Shown here: in pieces, positions 31,661-41,485 of the stretch
How the letters are laid out: each line of letters begins with the position of its first letter
Position numbering within the stretch: position 1 is the stretch's first letter
Assembly (NCBI GenBank): GCA_963749085.1
Contig: CAVVLG010000002.1
Span: 445,863 to 509,862 of the forward strand
DNA: 64,000 nt
Direction of reading: 5' to 3'
Source: Candidatus Adlerbacteria bacterium
Lineage (GTDB): Bacteria; Patescibacteriota; Minisyncoccia; Phycocordibacterales; SBAW01
Translations under genes and position numbers: made by a program
Notes under the pieces: model-generated
Database searches by the model: none
The model's input: the letters and a program-made list of their open reading frames with translations, nothing else
Told to the model about the DNA's origin: nothing

Positions 31661-32773
31661 TTAAAGTGTCGTTGTCTTAAATTGCGGCGTGGTTGAGCTC
31701 AAAACCGCAGTAAACGAAATGCGACCGATAAGCTGGCCGTCTGCCGTTTCGACGTCACAACGCCACTGCCCTGGCGTCATCACCACGTAGCTATAGCCGC
31801 GATAGCCCCCCGCACGGCCTCCTACGAGCGAAAAGGATACGCGAAAGACGGTGTTCCAGGTTTTTGTCGCATCGTCATACTGTTCCCAACGGTGATAGAT
31901 GGGGGTATCGAAGTTAGGAGGCGCATATACCGCCGAGAAACAGTACGCGGTTTGTCCCTCTCCGTAGGTATAGGTTGTGCTAGTGTCCTGCCAAAATTCG
32001 TACCATGGAGGCGGTTCATACGTGGCGGTGTAATTACCTGCTACGTCGCGAGAAAGCGAGTGGTAGACGCCTATATCCTTAAGCGAGAGCGGTACGGGTG
32101 GAATGATGTTCAAAAAATAAAGGACGTTAAAAAATACAAAGATTGATATAACTATGATGTACGCTTCCCAGAGAAGTCTTCTCTCGCGTTTACCTCGCGA
32201 CACGGCAATACGCAGCATGATGAAAAACGGGATCATCAACACCAGGCTTATACCGCCAGTGATTAAAAAAACTTCCGGACCTATCGCGTGCAATATAAAA
32301 GTTGGGATGGAGATAGTGAGGTAGGAAAAAAGAAGAGTGTAATAGATTGCGATATTGAAGCGCAATTGTGCATAGCGCGATCGCATGTACTCGTTCCCGA
32401 AAACCATGCATAGGAGCAAACCGACGAATATGAGATCGCCTGCTGGCGTACCGCTTTTGCCATAGAGCACCAGTAAATTGCTCGCAAGACCGCCGAAACA
32501 AAATTGCAGTATGAGAAGGAGAGCGAGCGGCTCGACGGGATGACCTCCCACGAGCTCCCGTCTGCTGCGCACATTGAAGAGAATAATTATGGTTCCAGAT
32601 GTCAGAAGATACGTGCATAGAAGAATGTTATCGATGATATTGTTAGGCGTCTTTGCGAGAAATAGATCAAAAATAAAACCCGTACACAACGCGCCCACGC
32701 CGAGCCAATGCTCGTAGCGCTTCCAAAAACTGACCGCGCGGGAGAAAAGCGGTTTCATGACCTTATTGTACAA
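31661..32773 (-). CDS. Multi-pass membrane protein with C-terminal extracytoplasmic beta domain (DUF2157/DUF2914-like)
   Basis: 370 aa; about 9 TM helices then a soluble Tyr/Thr-rich domain. Confidence 0.6.
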   Translation of the reverse strand: MYNKVMKPLFSRAVSFWKRYEHWLGVGALCTGFIFDLFLAKTPNNIIDNILLCTYLLTSGTIIILFNVRSRRELVGGHPVEPLALLLILQFCFGGLASNLLVLYGKSGTPAGDLIFVGLLLCMVFGNEYMRSRYAQLRFNIAIYYTLLFSYLTISIPTFILHAIGPEVFLITGGISLVLMIPFFIMLRIAVSRGKRERRLLWEAYIIVISIFVFFNVLYFLNIIPPVPLSLKDIGVYHSLSRDVAGNYTATYEPPPWYEFWQDTSTTYTYGEGQTAYCFSAVYAPPNFDTPIYHRWEQYDDATKTWNTVFRVSFSLVGGRAGGYRGYSYVVMTPGQWRCDVETADGQLIGRISFTAVLSSTTPQFKTTTL

Positions 32774-32776
32774 GCA

Positions 32777-34057
32777 TTATGTGAATGATTCCGGAATGGG
32801 AAAAGCGGCACATAACTTTTTTATTTCCTGATGAATAGCGTCGAGCCTTGCCTCATCAGAGCGATTCTTCAGCGCCTCTATCATAAGCTCGGCGACACGC
32901 TCACATTCTCTTTCCGTAAACCCGCGAGTAGTTATTGCCGGTGTGCCAAAACGGATGCCCGAGGGATCCATCGGCTTTCGGGTATCGTCAGCTATGGCAT
33001 TTTTGTTGAGTGTAATGCCGACGCGATCAAGCACTTCTTCGGCCTCCTTTCCCGCTATCCCAAGCGAGCCAAACACATCAGCCAAAATAAGGTGGTTACT
33101 TGTGCCGCCGGCTATCATGCGCACGTCATGTGCACTGAACACTTTCTCCATTGCTTTCGCGTTCTTGAGAATTTTTGCGGCATACACTTTGAACAAAGGA
33201 TGCAAAGCTTCGCCGAAAGCCACCGCCTTAGCCGCGATGACATGCATCAAGGGACCCCCTTGCAGGCCCGGGAAGACCGCTTTGTCTATTTTTTTCGCGA
33301 TTTCTTCATTGTCACGGGTGAGAATGAGCCCCCCGCGCGGTCCGCGCAGGGTCTTGTGCGTGGTCGAGGTCATCACATCAAATCCGAAATCAAAAGGGTT
33401 TTTGGCTACATGACCGGCAATGAGCCCTGCGATGTGCGCAACGTCTATAACCGAGTATGCGCCGACTTCTTTGGCGATGGAGACGAATTTCGCATAATCA
33501 AGCTCGCGGGAATAGGCAGAAAAGCCGGCCAAAATTATCTTGGGTTTTTCTCTCTTAGCGACCTCCCGCATCTCCTCGTAGTCTATCTCTCCTGTCTCAA
33601 CGTTCTTCATCTTATAGCGAACGAAGTTGAAAAACTTGGTGATATAGGTGACCGGATGGCCATGCGTTAAGTGTCCGCCGTGGCTTAAATCCATACCCAA
33701 CACGGTGTCGTGGGGTTCAAGCAACGCGAAGTACATCGCGATATTGGCGTTCGCTCCAGAGTGCGGCTGTACGTTGGCGAACTGGGCGCCGAATAACTTT
33801 TTCGCGCGGTTTATCGCCAGCACCTCCGCCTCGTCGGTATAGGTCTGACCTCCGTAGTAGCGTCTGCCGGGGTATCCTTCGGAATATTTATTGGTGAGTA
33901 TGGAGCCCTGCGCCTCACGCACAGCTTTCGAAACGTAATTTTCGGAGGGAATGAGTTCCAGTCCTTCGCGTTCTCGAGTCTCCTCACCTTCAAGCGTTTC
34001 AAAAACTTCTGTGTCTTGTTTTTTTATAGATTCGTAGAGATTCATGGCAGTTTCCAT
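32777..34057 (-). CDS. glyA: Serine hydroxymethyltransferase
   Basis: ...GGHLTHGHPV..., PLP-lysine region TTHKTLRGPRGG. Confidence 0.96.
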   Translation of the reverse strand: METAMNLYESIKKQDTEVFETLEGEETREREGLELIPSENYVSKAVREAQGSILTNKYSEGYPGRRYYGGQTYTDEAEVLAINRAKKLFGAQFANVQPHSGANANIAMYFALLEPHDTVLGMDLSHGGHLTHGHPVTYITKFFNFVRYKMKNVETGEIDYEEMREVAKREKPKIILAGFSAYSRELDYAKFVSIAKEVGAYSVIDVAHIAGLIAGHVAKNPFDFGFDVMTSTTHKTLRGPRGGLILTRDNEEIAKKIDKAVFPGLQGGPLMHVIAAKAVAFGEALHPLFKVYAAKILKNAKAMEKVFSAHDVRMIAGGTSNHLILADVFGSLGIAGKEAEEVLDRVGITLNKNAIADDTRKPMDPSGIRFGTPAITTRGFTERECERVAELMIEALKNRSDEARLDAIHQEIKKLCAAFPIPESFT

Positions 34058-34108
34058 TACCTAAATAATCGGCCATGTGAATCGCTAGATCATACTTTTT
34101 AACTCCTA

Positions 34109-35089
34109 CTATACTTTAATTTTCCCACTTGGTTTATTATCGAGACTACGAAAACCGGCGACGGTAAACTCGGCTTTAATCGTATCATGCGGCTCATAGC
34201 CCTCTCGGGTCACATACGCGGGGCGGAAAGTCTCAAGATTTGTAACTACATCATTGATAGAGACTTTAGGAAATGGCTTCGGTTCGCGAGTGAGTTGTTC
34301 TTTAATGGCATCGACATGATCTTCGTAAAAATGTACGTCACCAAAGGTATGTATAAACTCTCCCGCATCCCGTCCAATTATTTTTGCTACCACCAGACAT
34401 AAAAGTGCATAGCTCGCGATATTAAATGGTACCCCAAGAAAAATATCGGCACTACGCTGATAAAGGTGGAGAGAGAGCTTGCCATGTTTGATATTGAATT
34501 GATACATGTTGTGACAAATAGGAAAATGACTAACCTCCTCCGGTTTTGCCATTGAATAGAGATACTCCGGATTCCATGAAGTCACAATCGCGTTATGACA
34601 AGAAGGATCGGTAATGAGCTCGTTTACCGCCCAAGCAAGCTGATCTATACTTCGGCCATCTTTTGCTGGCCAATGTCGCCACATGTCACCATAAATGTTC
34701 GGGAGTGTACCGTGTTCTCTCGAAAATGTGCCGTTAGTCTTTATTTTTTCAATAAATTCTTCCTTAGTCATTTCAGGCCATTCCCCTTGCTTTGCATATT
34801 CCATGTACGTCCGATATGGATAGTCATCCCAAATATGAACGTCGTTATCGACTAAGTATTTGATATTATTCTGCCCAGATAAAAACCAATAGAGTTCATG
34901 CAGTACACCCTTCCAATAAACCCGCTTGGTAGTGAGGAGAGGAAATCCTTCTGAAAGATCAAACCGGATTTGCTTGCCAAAAAGACCGACGGTCGTCTTA
35001 CCATGACCCGCATCAACCTGCTGGTCTCCCTTCTGTAAGAGTTCGCTCATTAAATCCAAATACTGATATTCAGGATGTTTTTTATTCAT
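34109..35089 (-). CDS. thyA: Thymidylate synthase (ThyA type)
   Basis: FPLLTTKRVYWKGVLHELYWFLSG...PCH..QF motifs. Confidence 0.95.
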   Translation of the reverse strand: MNKKHPEYQYLDLMSELLQKGDQQVDAGHGKTTVGLFGKQIRFDLSEGFPLLTTKRVYWKGVLHELYWFLSGQNNIKYLVDNDVHIWDDYPYRTYMEYAKQGEWPEMTKEEFIEKIKTNGTFSREHGTLPNIYGDMWRHWPAKDGRSIDQLAWAVNELITDPSCHNAIVTSWNPEYLYSMAKPEEVSHFPICHNMYQFNIKHGKLSLHLYQRSADIFLGVPFNIASYALLCLVVAKIIGRDAGEFIHTFGDVHFYEDHVDAIKEQLTREPKPFPKVSINDVVTNLETFRPAYVTREGYEPHDTIKAEFTVAGFRSLDNKPSGKIKV

Positions 35090-35095
35090 ATGTCT

Positions 35096-35656
35096 CTATC
35101 GCTTGGCGATTTTACGGCGCTTCGCGGGAATGATGCTTTTGAAATTATCTTTGGAATAACGGCCGACTTCCTTGTAGTTTTGTCGTGGCGAACTCGAAAG
35201 TCTTGAGAACGTAAGCTGCGCAATTGCCATATTGGGTCGCAAGAGAATTGGCACGGAATTGAGATTACATAGCTCAAGTGCTACATTTAGAAAATGTCCG
35301 GGATTGATGAGGGCGGCCGAGTTATGCACGAGAAGACCTATGCGCGCGAGTGAACTCTTTCCATTGACCTCAATAAGGTGCGTGTCGGAGCCAAAATAAT
35401 CCTTTGAATAACCGAGAATGGAGACGCCAGGGTGAAGCACAAACACGTCGTCTTCGCTGATCGTTATCTCGTTCATCTTCGGATAAATCTTTTTGACCGG
35501 ATCGATGAAAGTGGAGGAGTGCGCATCAGTGACAAAGAAGGTGTTGCCGAGCAAAATATCGTAGCTCGCGGGCTGTAGGCGCGACTCATCGAAAGGACGA
35601 AGGACTATCTCCCCTTTCTCAACCGCTTTTTTTATATCAACATCAGAGAGAAACAT
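35096..35656 (-). CDS. dcd: dCTP deaminase
   Basis: MFLSDVDIKKAVEKGEIVLRPFDESRLQPASYDILLGN... dUTPase-like fold. Confidence 0.9.
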   Translation of the reverse strand: MFLSDVDIKKAVEKGEIVLRPFDESRLQPASYDILLGNTFFVTDAHSSTFIDPVKKIYPKMNEITISEDDVFVLHPGVSILGYSKDYFGSDTHLIEVNGKSSLARIGLLVHNSAALINPGHFLNVALELCNLNSVPILLRPNMAIAQLTFSRLSSSPRQNYKEVGRYSKDNFKSIIPAKRRKIAKR

Positions 35657-35662
35657 ACGTAT

Positions 35663-36334
35663 TCAAGCGACTGTAAACATTTTGTCGGTTCCATAATATT
35701 CGCTCCAGTGCGCATTGTAAAACGCAAACATCCGCTCCAATCTGTCCTGCTGAAGCTCTTGTACCCCGCATTGCTCCATAAGCGCGCGGATGTCTTGGCG
35801 CGCATTCTCAACTTGCGTTTCGTCCGATACTACCTTCTCGAATTCAGCGAGCCAGCCGTAGCCTGCGTTGCGGTCAAGGCAGATTGAAATGCCACTGCAC
35901 AGATACTCTTCGCGCTCGCGCGACCACTTGGCTTGGTATTGAAAGCCGGAGGAGATAAGAAGCTGGTCGAGATCATCGAGCGATAGATCGACTTCCTCCT
36001 CAAATTCCATGCGCGCAACACCATTGGCGCTGGTATCGTCGCCTACGGACGCTTTCATCACCAAAAGCACGCTGCTGTCTTTATCGCGGGTACGAATGGA
36101 AAATTCTTTGCCCTGGGCAACCATATCCTGGAATTTCTTGAGTGCTTGAGGTGAGAGGTGCGGCGCAATCAGTCCTTTAAGTTTGGAGAAATCGCCGCCG
36201 GTAAAATAGTGATTGAGCTGTTTGTTGCGGGAAGTGAGCTTAGAGTTCGAGTCAACTTGTTTCATTCGCTCGCGCAGATTTTGAGCACTTTCTTCGCTTC
36301 CCAAGAGCGACTTTACTTCGACTTCGTATTGCAT
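35663..36334 (-). CDS. CYTH-domain protein (triphosphate tunnel metalloenzyme/CyaB-like)
   Basis: N-terminal EVEVKSLL motif (ExExK), acidic conserved glutamates across an 8-strand pattern; 223 aa. Confidence 0.55.
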   Translation of the reverse strand: MQYEVEVKSLLGSEESAQNLRERMKQVDSNSKLTSRNKQLNHYFTGGDFSKLKGLIAPHLSPQALKKFQDMVAQGKEFSIRTRDKDSSVLLVMKASVGDDTSANGVARMEFEEEVDLSLDDLDQLLISSGFQYQAKWSREREEYLCSGISICLDRNAGYGWLAEFEKVVSDETQVENARQDIRALMEQCGVQELQQDRLERMFAFYNAHWSEYYGTDKMFTVA

Positions 36335-36415
36335 CGCTTTATACTACCGCAGATGATAATCCCCATTCTATCCACATGATATCTACAGTATGAGATACTA
36401 CAAATGTAAAACTAC

Positions 36416-36931
36416 ATGCCAAAAAAACCTCGTATTAGCATAGTCGTTGCCATGGGCCGAGACCGCAAACACAATCGAGTCATCGGCAAGACTAACGAGC
36501 TTTTGTGGCCCATACCCGATGATTTGAGGCGGTTTAAGCAATTGACCCTTGGGCATCCTGTCATTATGGGGCGCAAGACTTTCCAATCTATCGTTGGAAG
36601 GCTTGGCAAACCTCTTCCTGACCGGACGAATGTGGTCATAAGCCGGGACAAACACTGGTCGCATAAAGGAGCGCTTATTGCCCATTCGCTTGAAGAAGCA
36701 ATAAAAAAAGCGAGCGATATTGATAGTGAGGAGATATTCATCGGTGGGGGCTCACAAATTTATGAGCAGGCGCTCCCTCTTGTTGATCGTTTATATCTCA
36801 CGCTCATCGACGACGAAAAAGAAGGGGATTCCTACTTTCCTCCGTATGAATCCCTCTTTACCAGGATGATCCGTCACGAGCACCGCGAGCACGAAGGGCT
36901 GCGCTACACATGGGTGGATTTTGAAAGGTAA
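36416..36931 (+). CDS. folA: Dihydrofolate reductase
   Basis: ISIVVAMGRDRKHNRVIGKTNELLWPIPDDLRRFKQLTLGHPVIMGRKTF... Confidence 0.93.
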   Translation: MPKKPRISIVVAMGRDRKHNRVIGKTNELLWPIPDDLRRFKQLTLGHPVIMGRKTFQSIVGRLGKPLPDRTNVVISRDKHWSHKGALIAHSLEEAIKKASDIDSEEIFIGGGSQIYEQALPLVDRLYLTLIDDEKEGDSYFPPYESLFTRMIRHEHREHEGLRYTWVDFER

Positions 36932-37279
36932 TCAATGAGTGCGGAGAATAGTGATACCAGGAACGCCGTTATCCCAGACTTCTGCCTTTTTGATAGTTAT
37001 TTCTGCAGACGTAATTCTTTTGTCTTCGAGAATTTTCTGCGCGATATCTTCTGCCAACGTCTCTATGAGATAGCGGCTTGATCCTTCAATAACCTGCTGA
37101 ATTTTATCCTTCACCTCCGCATAATCCACCGTGTCGGCAAGCTTATTGCTTTTGCCGGCTCGGGAAAGGTCAACGCCAAGTCGCACCTCAATTGAAAATT
37201 CCTGTTCCACCTTGCGCTCAGCGGCGTAGGCTCCATGTTTGCCCTTGAAAAACAGGCTGTCGATGTGTATGTAATCCAT
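36932..37279 (-). CDS. folB: Dihydroneopterin aldolase
   Basis: MDYIHIDSLFFKGKHGAYAAERKVEQEFSIEVRLGVDL...; 115 aa. Its stop abuts the folA stop. Confidence 0.8.
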   Translation of the reverse strand: MDYIHIDSLFFKGKHGAYAAERKVEQEFSIEVRLGVDLSRAGKSNKLADTVDYAEVKDKIQQVIEGSSRYLIETLAEDIAQKILEDKRITSAEITIKKAEVWDNGVPGITILRTH

Positions 37280-37314
37280 AACAATTTAAAAACCCCGCTT
37301 TCGCGGGAGTTCCT

Positions 37315-37737
37315 TTATTTAACGTCCACGCCCATGCTCCGTGCCGAGCCAGCGACGATTTTCATCGCCTCGTCTATCGTGTGCGCATTGAGGTCCGGCA
37401 TCTTCTTTTCGGCAATTTCCCTCAACTGCGCTTTAGAGAGAACTCCGATTTTACTGGTGTTGGGCTTACCGCTTCCTTTCTCCTTGCCAAGGGTTTTGAG
37501 AATCAGGGAGGAGGCCGGGGGAGTTTTGAGGATGAAAGAGTAGGAGCGGTCTTCGTACACTGAAATTTCAGCGGGCACCATGTCGCCGCGCATGTCTTTG
37601 CTCGCGTCGTTGAACTTCTTGAGAAACTCGCCAATGTTGATGCCGGCGGGGCCCAGCACCTGGCCCATAGCAGGAGTCATCGCGGCCGCGCCGCCGTTGG
37701 CGATTATCTTTATTTTTTTTACTATCTTTTTTGCCAT
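37315..37737 (-). CDS. rplK: 50S ribosomal protein L11
   Basis: MAKKIVKKIKIIANGGAAAMTPAMGQVLGPAGINIGEF... Confidence 0.95.
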   Translation of the reverse strand: MAKKIVKKIKIIANGGAAAMTPAMGQVLGPAGINIGEFLKKFNDASKDMRGDMVPAEISVYEDRSYSFILKTPPASSLILKTLGKEKGSGKPNTSKIGVLSKAQLREIAEKKMPDLNAHTIDEAMKIVAGSARSMGVDVK

Positions 37738-37774
37738 AGAGATTGAGGAGAATACCGCAATTTGTATATTTTTG

Positions 37775-38326
37775 CTAGATGCGCTTCACCTGGAGAAAGT
37801 CGAGTTCGACGGGAGTCTCGCGGCCGAACATGGCCACCAGGACCTTCACCTTGCCGCGACTTTCATCGACTTCGCCGATTTTGCCGTCGAGTTCTTTGAA
37901 GGGCCCATCTACAATGACTACCGAATCGCCTATGGAGAGATCTATCGCATGTTTGACGATACCCTCAGTTGCCTGCATGCGGCCAAGCAGCGTGTCAACT
38001 TCGTGCTGCTGAAGCGGCACTGGGTTGACGCCGGAGCCAACGAATCCGGTGACTCGCGGCGTATTGCGCACCACAAACCATGACTGATCGTCGACTACCA
38101 TATCAACGAGCACATAGCCCGGATAAACTTTTTCCTCCTCCTCCACACGACGGCCGCCTTTTATCTTGACGGTACGCTCCGTCGGCACTACCACGTTGAA
38201 TATTTTGTCGCCGAGACCGAGCGACTCAATGCGCTGCTTTAAATTGCGCGCGACCGCGTTCTCGTATCCCGCATAGGTATGTATGGCGTACCAGGCCCGT
38301 CCGACGCTTGTGTCTTGTTTTGCCAT
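37775..38326 (-). CDS. nusG: Transcription termination/antitermination factor NusG
   Basis: WYAIHTYAGYENAV... NGN domain and C-terminal KOW (GDSVVIVDGPFKELDGKIGEVD). Confidence 0.93.
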   Translation of the reverse strand: MAKQDTSVGRAWYAIHTYAGYENAVARNLKQRIESLGLGDKIFNVVVPTERTVKIKGGRRVEEEEKVYPGYVLVDMVVDDQSWFVVRNTPRVTGFVGSGVNPVPLQQHEVDTLLGRMQATEGIVKHAIDLSIGDSVVIVDGPFKELDGKIGEVDESRGKVKVLVAMFGRETPVELDFLQVKRI

Positions 38327-38330
38327 ACTA

Positions 38331-38501
38331 TTAGATAATTTTTTGAATAAGTGCCGAGAGTATGTAGTCCCACGCTCCGAGATAGATAGCGGTCGCGAGC
38401 GAGACTGCCACCACGACAATGGTATAGATAATAGTCTGCTGGCGTGTGGGCCAGGACACATGCTTCATCTCCGCCCGCACTTCTTTAAAATAGTTCCACA
38501 T
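38331..38501 (-). CDS. secE: Preprotein translocase subunit SecE
   Basis: Short protein with KEVRAEMKHVSWPTRQQTIIYTIVVVAVSLATAIYLGAWD TM helix, upstream of nusG. Confidence 0.85.
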   Translation of the reverse strand: MWNYFKEVRAEMKHVSWPTRQQTIIYTIVVVAVSLATAIYLGAWDYILSALIQKII

Positions 38502-38582
38502 ACTATATGGTAATTTTGGCAATTTTAAAAGCCCTCGCGGGCCGTCGTTGAGCATCTTATCTTACCGTTGGTAGAAAGTCAA

Positions 38583-39401
38583 CTACTTAATTTCGTACGT
38601 AATGGTCACATCGTCAGTGACTGTATTTTGACCAGCGGAGATGGTGGGCGCTGCAGGAGCACTAGAGATACTTGCACCCGAGGCCGTGGCATAGAGCGGC
38701 AGGGGCTCTATACCGCCGGTGTTTTCGTTGAAGGAGACCACCTGCACCAGCGAGACTCCGAGTTCGCTTGCGAGCACCTGCGCTTTTTGTTTTGCGTCGG
38801 CAATCGCCATGGCACGCGCCTGATCCTGAGGCGCATTCGGATCGGCAAAGGTAAAGGTAAGCCCGCTCACTTGGGTAGCGCCATTGCTGCCCACACCTGA
38901 AAGTAGCGCCCCCGCCTTGGAAGTGTCTTCCACCTTGACTGTGGTCGTTTGACTTACTTCATATCCGGTAAGCATCTGTTTACCCGATGGACACGGGTAC
39001 GGAGCGCCGCTACTCGTTTCTAGCATGGGACATGCTTGCTGGTACTCATACTGCGGCTCTATGGAATAATCGGTCGTTTGAATATCAGCGGCACTTATTC
39101 CCTGGCCCGTGAGGTAGTTGGTTATCGTGTTTATTTCTGCCGTTGCCTTTGCTTGCGCACCAGCGACAGTTGCATTATCGGCTACCACACTAAAAGTGAA
39201 GGTAGCAATATTAGGTACCGCGAGCACTTGTCCGTGGCCGGTAACTTCTATGGTATTCGCCGCCGCAACACCGGTGCCGATGTACCGTAGCCCCTCAAGA
39301 CCCGAGACAACCTGGACTGCCAGAAACGCAACGAGAAGCCATAGTGCCACGACAGCCGCACAACGCATCTGCCTATTCTCCGGTCCTTCAAGAAAAGCCA
39401 T
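38583..39401 (-). CDS. SIMPL-domain (BP26/DUF541-like) secreted protein
   Basis: Signal/TM, then SIMPL-like beta-sandwich sequence (TGHGQVLAVPNIATFTFSVV...AKQKAQVLASELGVSLVQVVSFNE). Confidence 0.7.
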   Translation of the reverse strand: MAFLEGPENRQMRCAAVVALWLLVAFLAVQVVSGLEGLRYIGTGVAAANTIEVTGHGQVLAVPNIATFTFSVVADNATVAGAQAKATAEINTITNYLTGQGISAADIQTTDYSIEPQYEYQQACPMLETSSGAPYPCPSGKQMLTGYEVSQTTTVKVEDTSKAGALLSGVGSNGATQVSGLTFTFADPNAPQDQARAMAIADAKQKAQVLASELGVSLVQVVSFNENTGGIEPLPLYATASGASISSAPAAPTISAGQNTVTDDVTITYEIK

Positions 39402-39432
39402 GGGTATATTGTATTACAATCTAGACAAATGC

Positions 39433-40140
39433 CTATTGTCCGCTCTGCGCCTGGCTTATGATGGCCTCTATCTGTGCCTCAGGCAGAGCGCCGGCAATGG
39501 GATATTGCTTGCCGGTTTTGGTGTTTACGATGACGGTAAAGGGCGTGCCGGTTCCCCCGCTGGTTTCAGCATCAGCTATCTGCTGCTCGATTTTTGTTTG
39601 ATAGGTGCTCGCGGAGACGCACGCATTATATTCGGTCATATTGACACCTAATTTTTGCGCCTCTGCGCTATAAAAAGCGGAGCCGATGTCGCTTTGGTTG
39701 GCAAAATCATCGTCAGCAAATTGCCACCAGCCGGCGTTGCCTAGCTGCGCCGCGATGCACTCGGCGGCGTTTGCCGCGGGCAGTGCTTGTGGATGGATTT
39801 GATAGAGCGGGAAGTTGCGCATCACCCATGCTATTTGCCCGTTACTTTTGGCAACAATGTCTTTGAGTTCAGGGTAAATAAGTTGGCAAAAGGGGCATTC
39901 AAAGTCGGAGTACTCGACGATGACGATAGGAGCGGTTGGAGAGCCCGTGATGTGATCGCTTAAGGAAGGCGCGGGTACGTTAGCGCTCGCAGTGGTACTT
40001 CCTGCCGCTGCAAGGGCCGCAGGCTGTGCGGCGGGATAACGGTTCACAAAGACAATAGCGCCAGCGATAAGGACACCAGCGATAAGGATGGAGACCGAAG
40101 GCGTAAGTTCTATCTTAAAAGGTATTTTTTCCTCGGACAT
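39433..40140 (-). CDS. Membrane-anchored thioredoxin-fold protein (DsbA family, CPFC active site)
   Basis: N-terminal TM, EYSDFECPFCQ active-site motif. Confidence 0.85.
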   Translation of the reverse strand: MSEEKIPFKIELTPSVSILIAGVLIAGAIVFVNRYPAAQPAALAAAGSTTASANVPAPSLSDHITGSPTAPIVIVEYSDFECPFCQLIYPELKDIVAKSNGQIAWVMRNFPLYQIHPQALPAANAAECIAAQLGNAGWWQFADDDFANQSDIGSAFYSAEAQKLGVNMTEYNACVSASTYQTKIEQQIADAETSGGTGTPFTVIVNTKTGKQYPIAGALPEAQIEAIISQAQSGQ

Positions 40141-40210
40141 AGCTGAAGAGTACCATGCAGGTGCTCAAAAAAGGAAGGGCTCCATACGTTCGAGCACGCA
40201 TCCCACTAGC

Positions 40211-40588
40211 TTAAGACTTTCTTCCTTTCAAGAGATCGCGGATTTCTTCAAGGAGGCGCTCTTCGGCGGCTTGCACGGGGGTTGCGGGGGGACCCTTGAA
40301 GCGCTCCATGAGTTTGTTAACCGGAAGGACGACGAAGAAATAGATGGTGACCGAAACAATTAAAAATGCAATGAACGCATTGAAAAAATCGCCATACAGA
40401 AACTGACTCCCGTTGATAGTAAAGGTGAGCGCCGAAAAATTGGGCTGCTTTATCAGCGCAGCAATAAACGGCGTCATTAGATCCTTAACTAATGAGGTGA
40501 CCACCGTCCCAAATGCCGCACCGACCATCACGCCGACCGCTAGGTCGACAACATTGCCTCGCAAAATGAAATCTCTAAACCCTTTCAT
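40211..40588 (-). CDS. mscL: Large-conductance mechanosensitive channel
   Basis: MKGFRDFILRGNVVDLAVGVMVGAAFGTVVTSLVKDLMTPFIA... canonical MscL. Confidence 0.92.
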   Translation of the reverse strand: MKGFRDFILRGNVVDLAVGVMVGAAFGTVVTSLVKDLMTPFIAALIKQPNFSALTFTINGSQFLYGDFFNAFIAFLIVSVTIYFFVVLPVNKLMERFKGPPATPVQAAEERLLEEIRDLLKGRKS

Positions 40589-40661
40589 ACACGTACTGTA
40601 CGTCCTGTTATACAATTTTTCAACTTCTAATCTTCCTATGTAGATAGGTTACTCTTTTTCG

Positions 40662-40790
40662 TATGCAGATAAAAGATAAGGTGGCGGTGGTAACGGGTGC
40701 ATCCGGAGGTATAGGACTGGCGATGGCACGGGAACTGGCAAAGCGTGGCGCACAACTAGAGTCTGAGGTTGCGGAAGCACACATGTAAAG
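40662..40790 (+). pseudogene. Remnant of a short-chain dehydrogenase/reductase gene (N-terminal 42 codons only)
   Basis: MQIKDKVAVVTGASGGIGLAMARELAKRGAQLE... (TGxxxGxG Rossmann motif) followed by a stop; marks the edge of the GC-rich islet. Confidence 0.6.
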
Positions 40791-41068
40791 CGGGGCGGCG
40801 TAACGGAGGTGGTATCTCCCACCTTCATTGACATCTCATACTGCTTTGTATATTATTCAACTATATGGTTGAACATAATGCCAAATTATCCTATCAGATC
40901 CTGAGTACATGGCGGGGATTAAAGAGAAGTTGACACTTATTACCACCCTTTCAAATACAGAAGCCGCCCATTAAAGAGCGGCTTTTAGTTTGCGCGTTCT
41001 GTTCCGAGGTGCGCTAACCCGGGTGGTTCGTAACGACCTTGCGGTCTCCCACCAGACGCCGAAGGGGC

Positions 41069-41257
41069 TTAGCCCTTCTTCGGCGGACGGGGCTTGGTAG
41101 CGCCCGTCGAGCCAGTGTTTGCACCGGCCATGTTTCTCACCTCCTTTCTGGGTTGAGTTGCGGAATCCTTGGGACGGCGTGGTGTGGTTGCACCTGCCGA
41201 ACCTGTATTTGCTCCAGTGGCATGGGCGCCAACAGAGCCCGTGTTCGCTCCAGACAT
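41069..41257 (-). CDS. Small repeat peptide (62 aa) with three GANTGSxGA repeats separated by Pro/Lys/Arg-rich segments
   Basis: MSGANTGSVGAHATGANTGSAGATTPRRPKDSATQPRKEVRNMAGANTGSTGATKPRPPKKG. RBS AAAGGAAA 7 nt upstream of the ATG. The three DNA repeats differ mainly at synonymous positions, implying selection on the peptide. Directly downstream of the radical-SAM gene. Confidence 0.6.
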   Translation of the reverse strand: MSGANTGSVGAHATGANTGSAGATTPRRPKDSATQPRKEVRNMAGANTGSTGATKPRPPKKG

Positions 41258-41485
41258 GAGGTTTCCTTTCACAAAGATCTTCACACAAGGGACTCCCAAA
41301 CCGTTCTAGGAATCCCATAGTGTGCCGGAAAGAAGTTCCGGCGGCTTGTCACTTTTATATTCCGTCCGACAAACCAAACGGAGATAGATTTTGTTTTTAT
41401 TTCTGTTGCCAAGTTGGATATCAGCCAACTCCGAATCCGCAGCTGTGTCCTGTCACTTCCGCATATCGCGTTGTGATCTTTAGGA

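Noticed and set aside
40971-41320. 115-aa minus-strand and 93-aa plus-strand ORFs overlapping the GANTGS-repeat peptide gene
   Set aside because: Cys/Trp/Arg/His-rich out-of-frame translations of the same GC-rich repeats. Only the 62-aa frame shows synonymous-site divergence between repeats and has an RBS.
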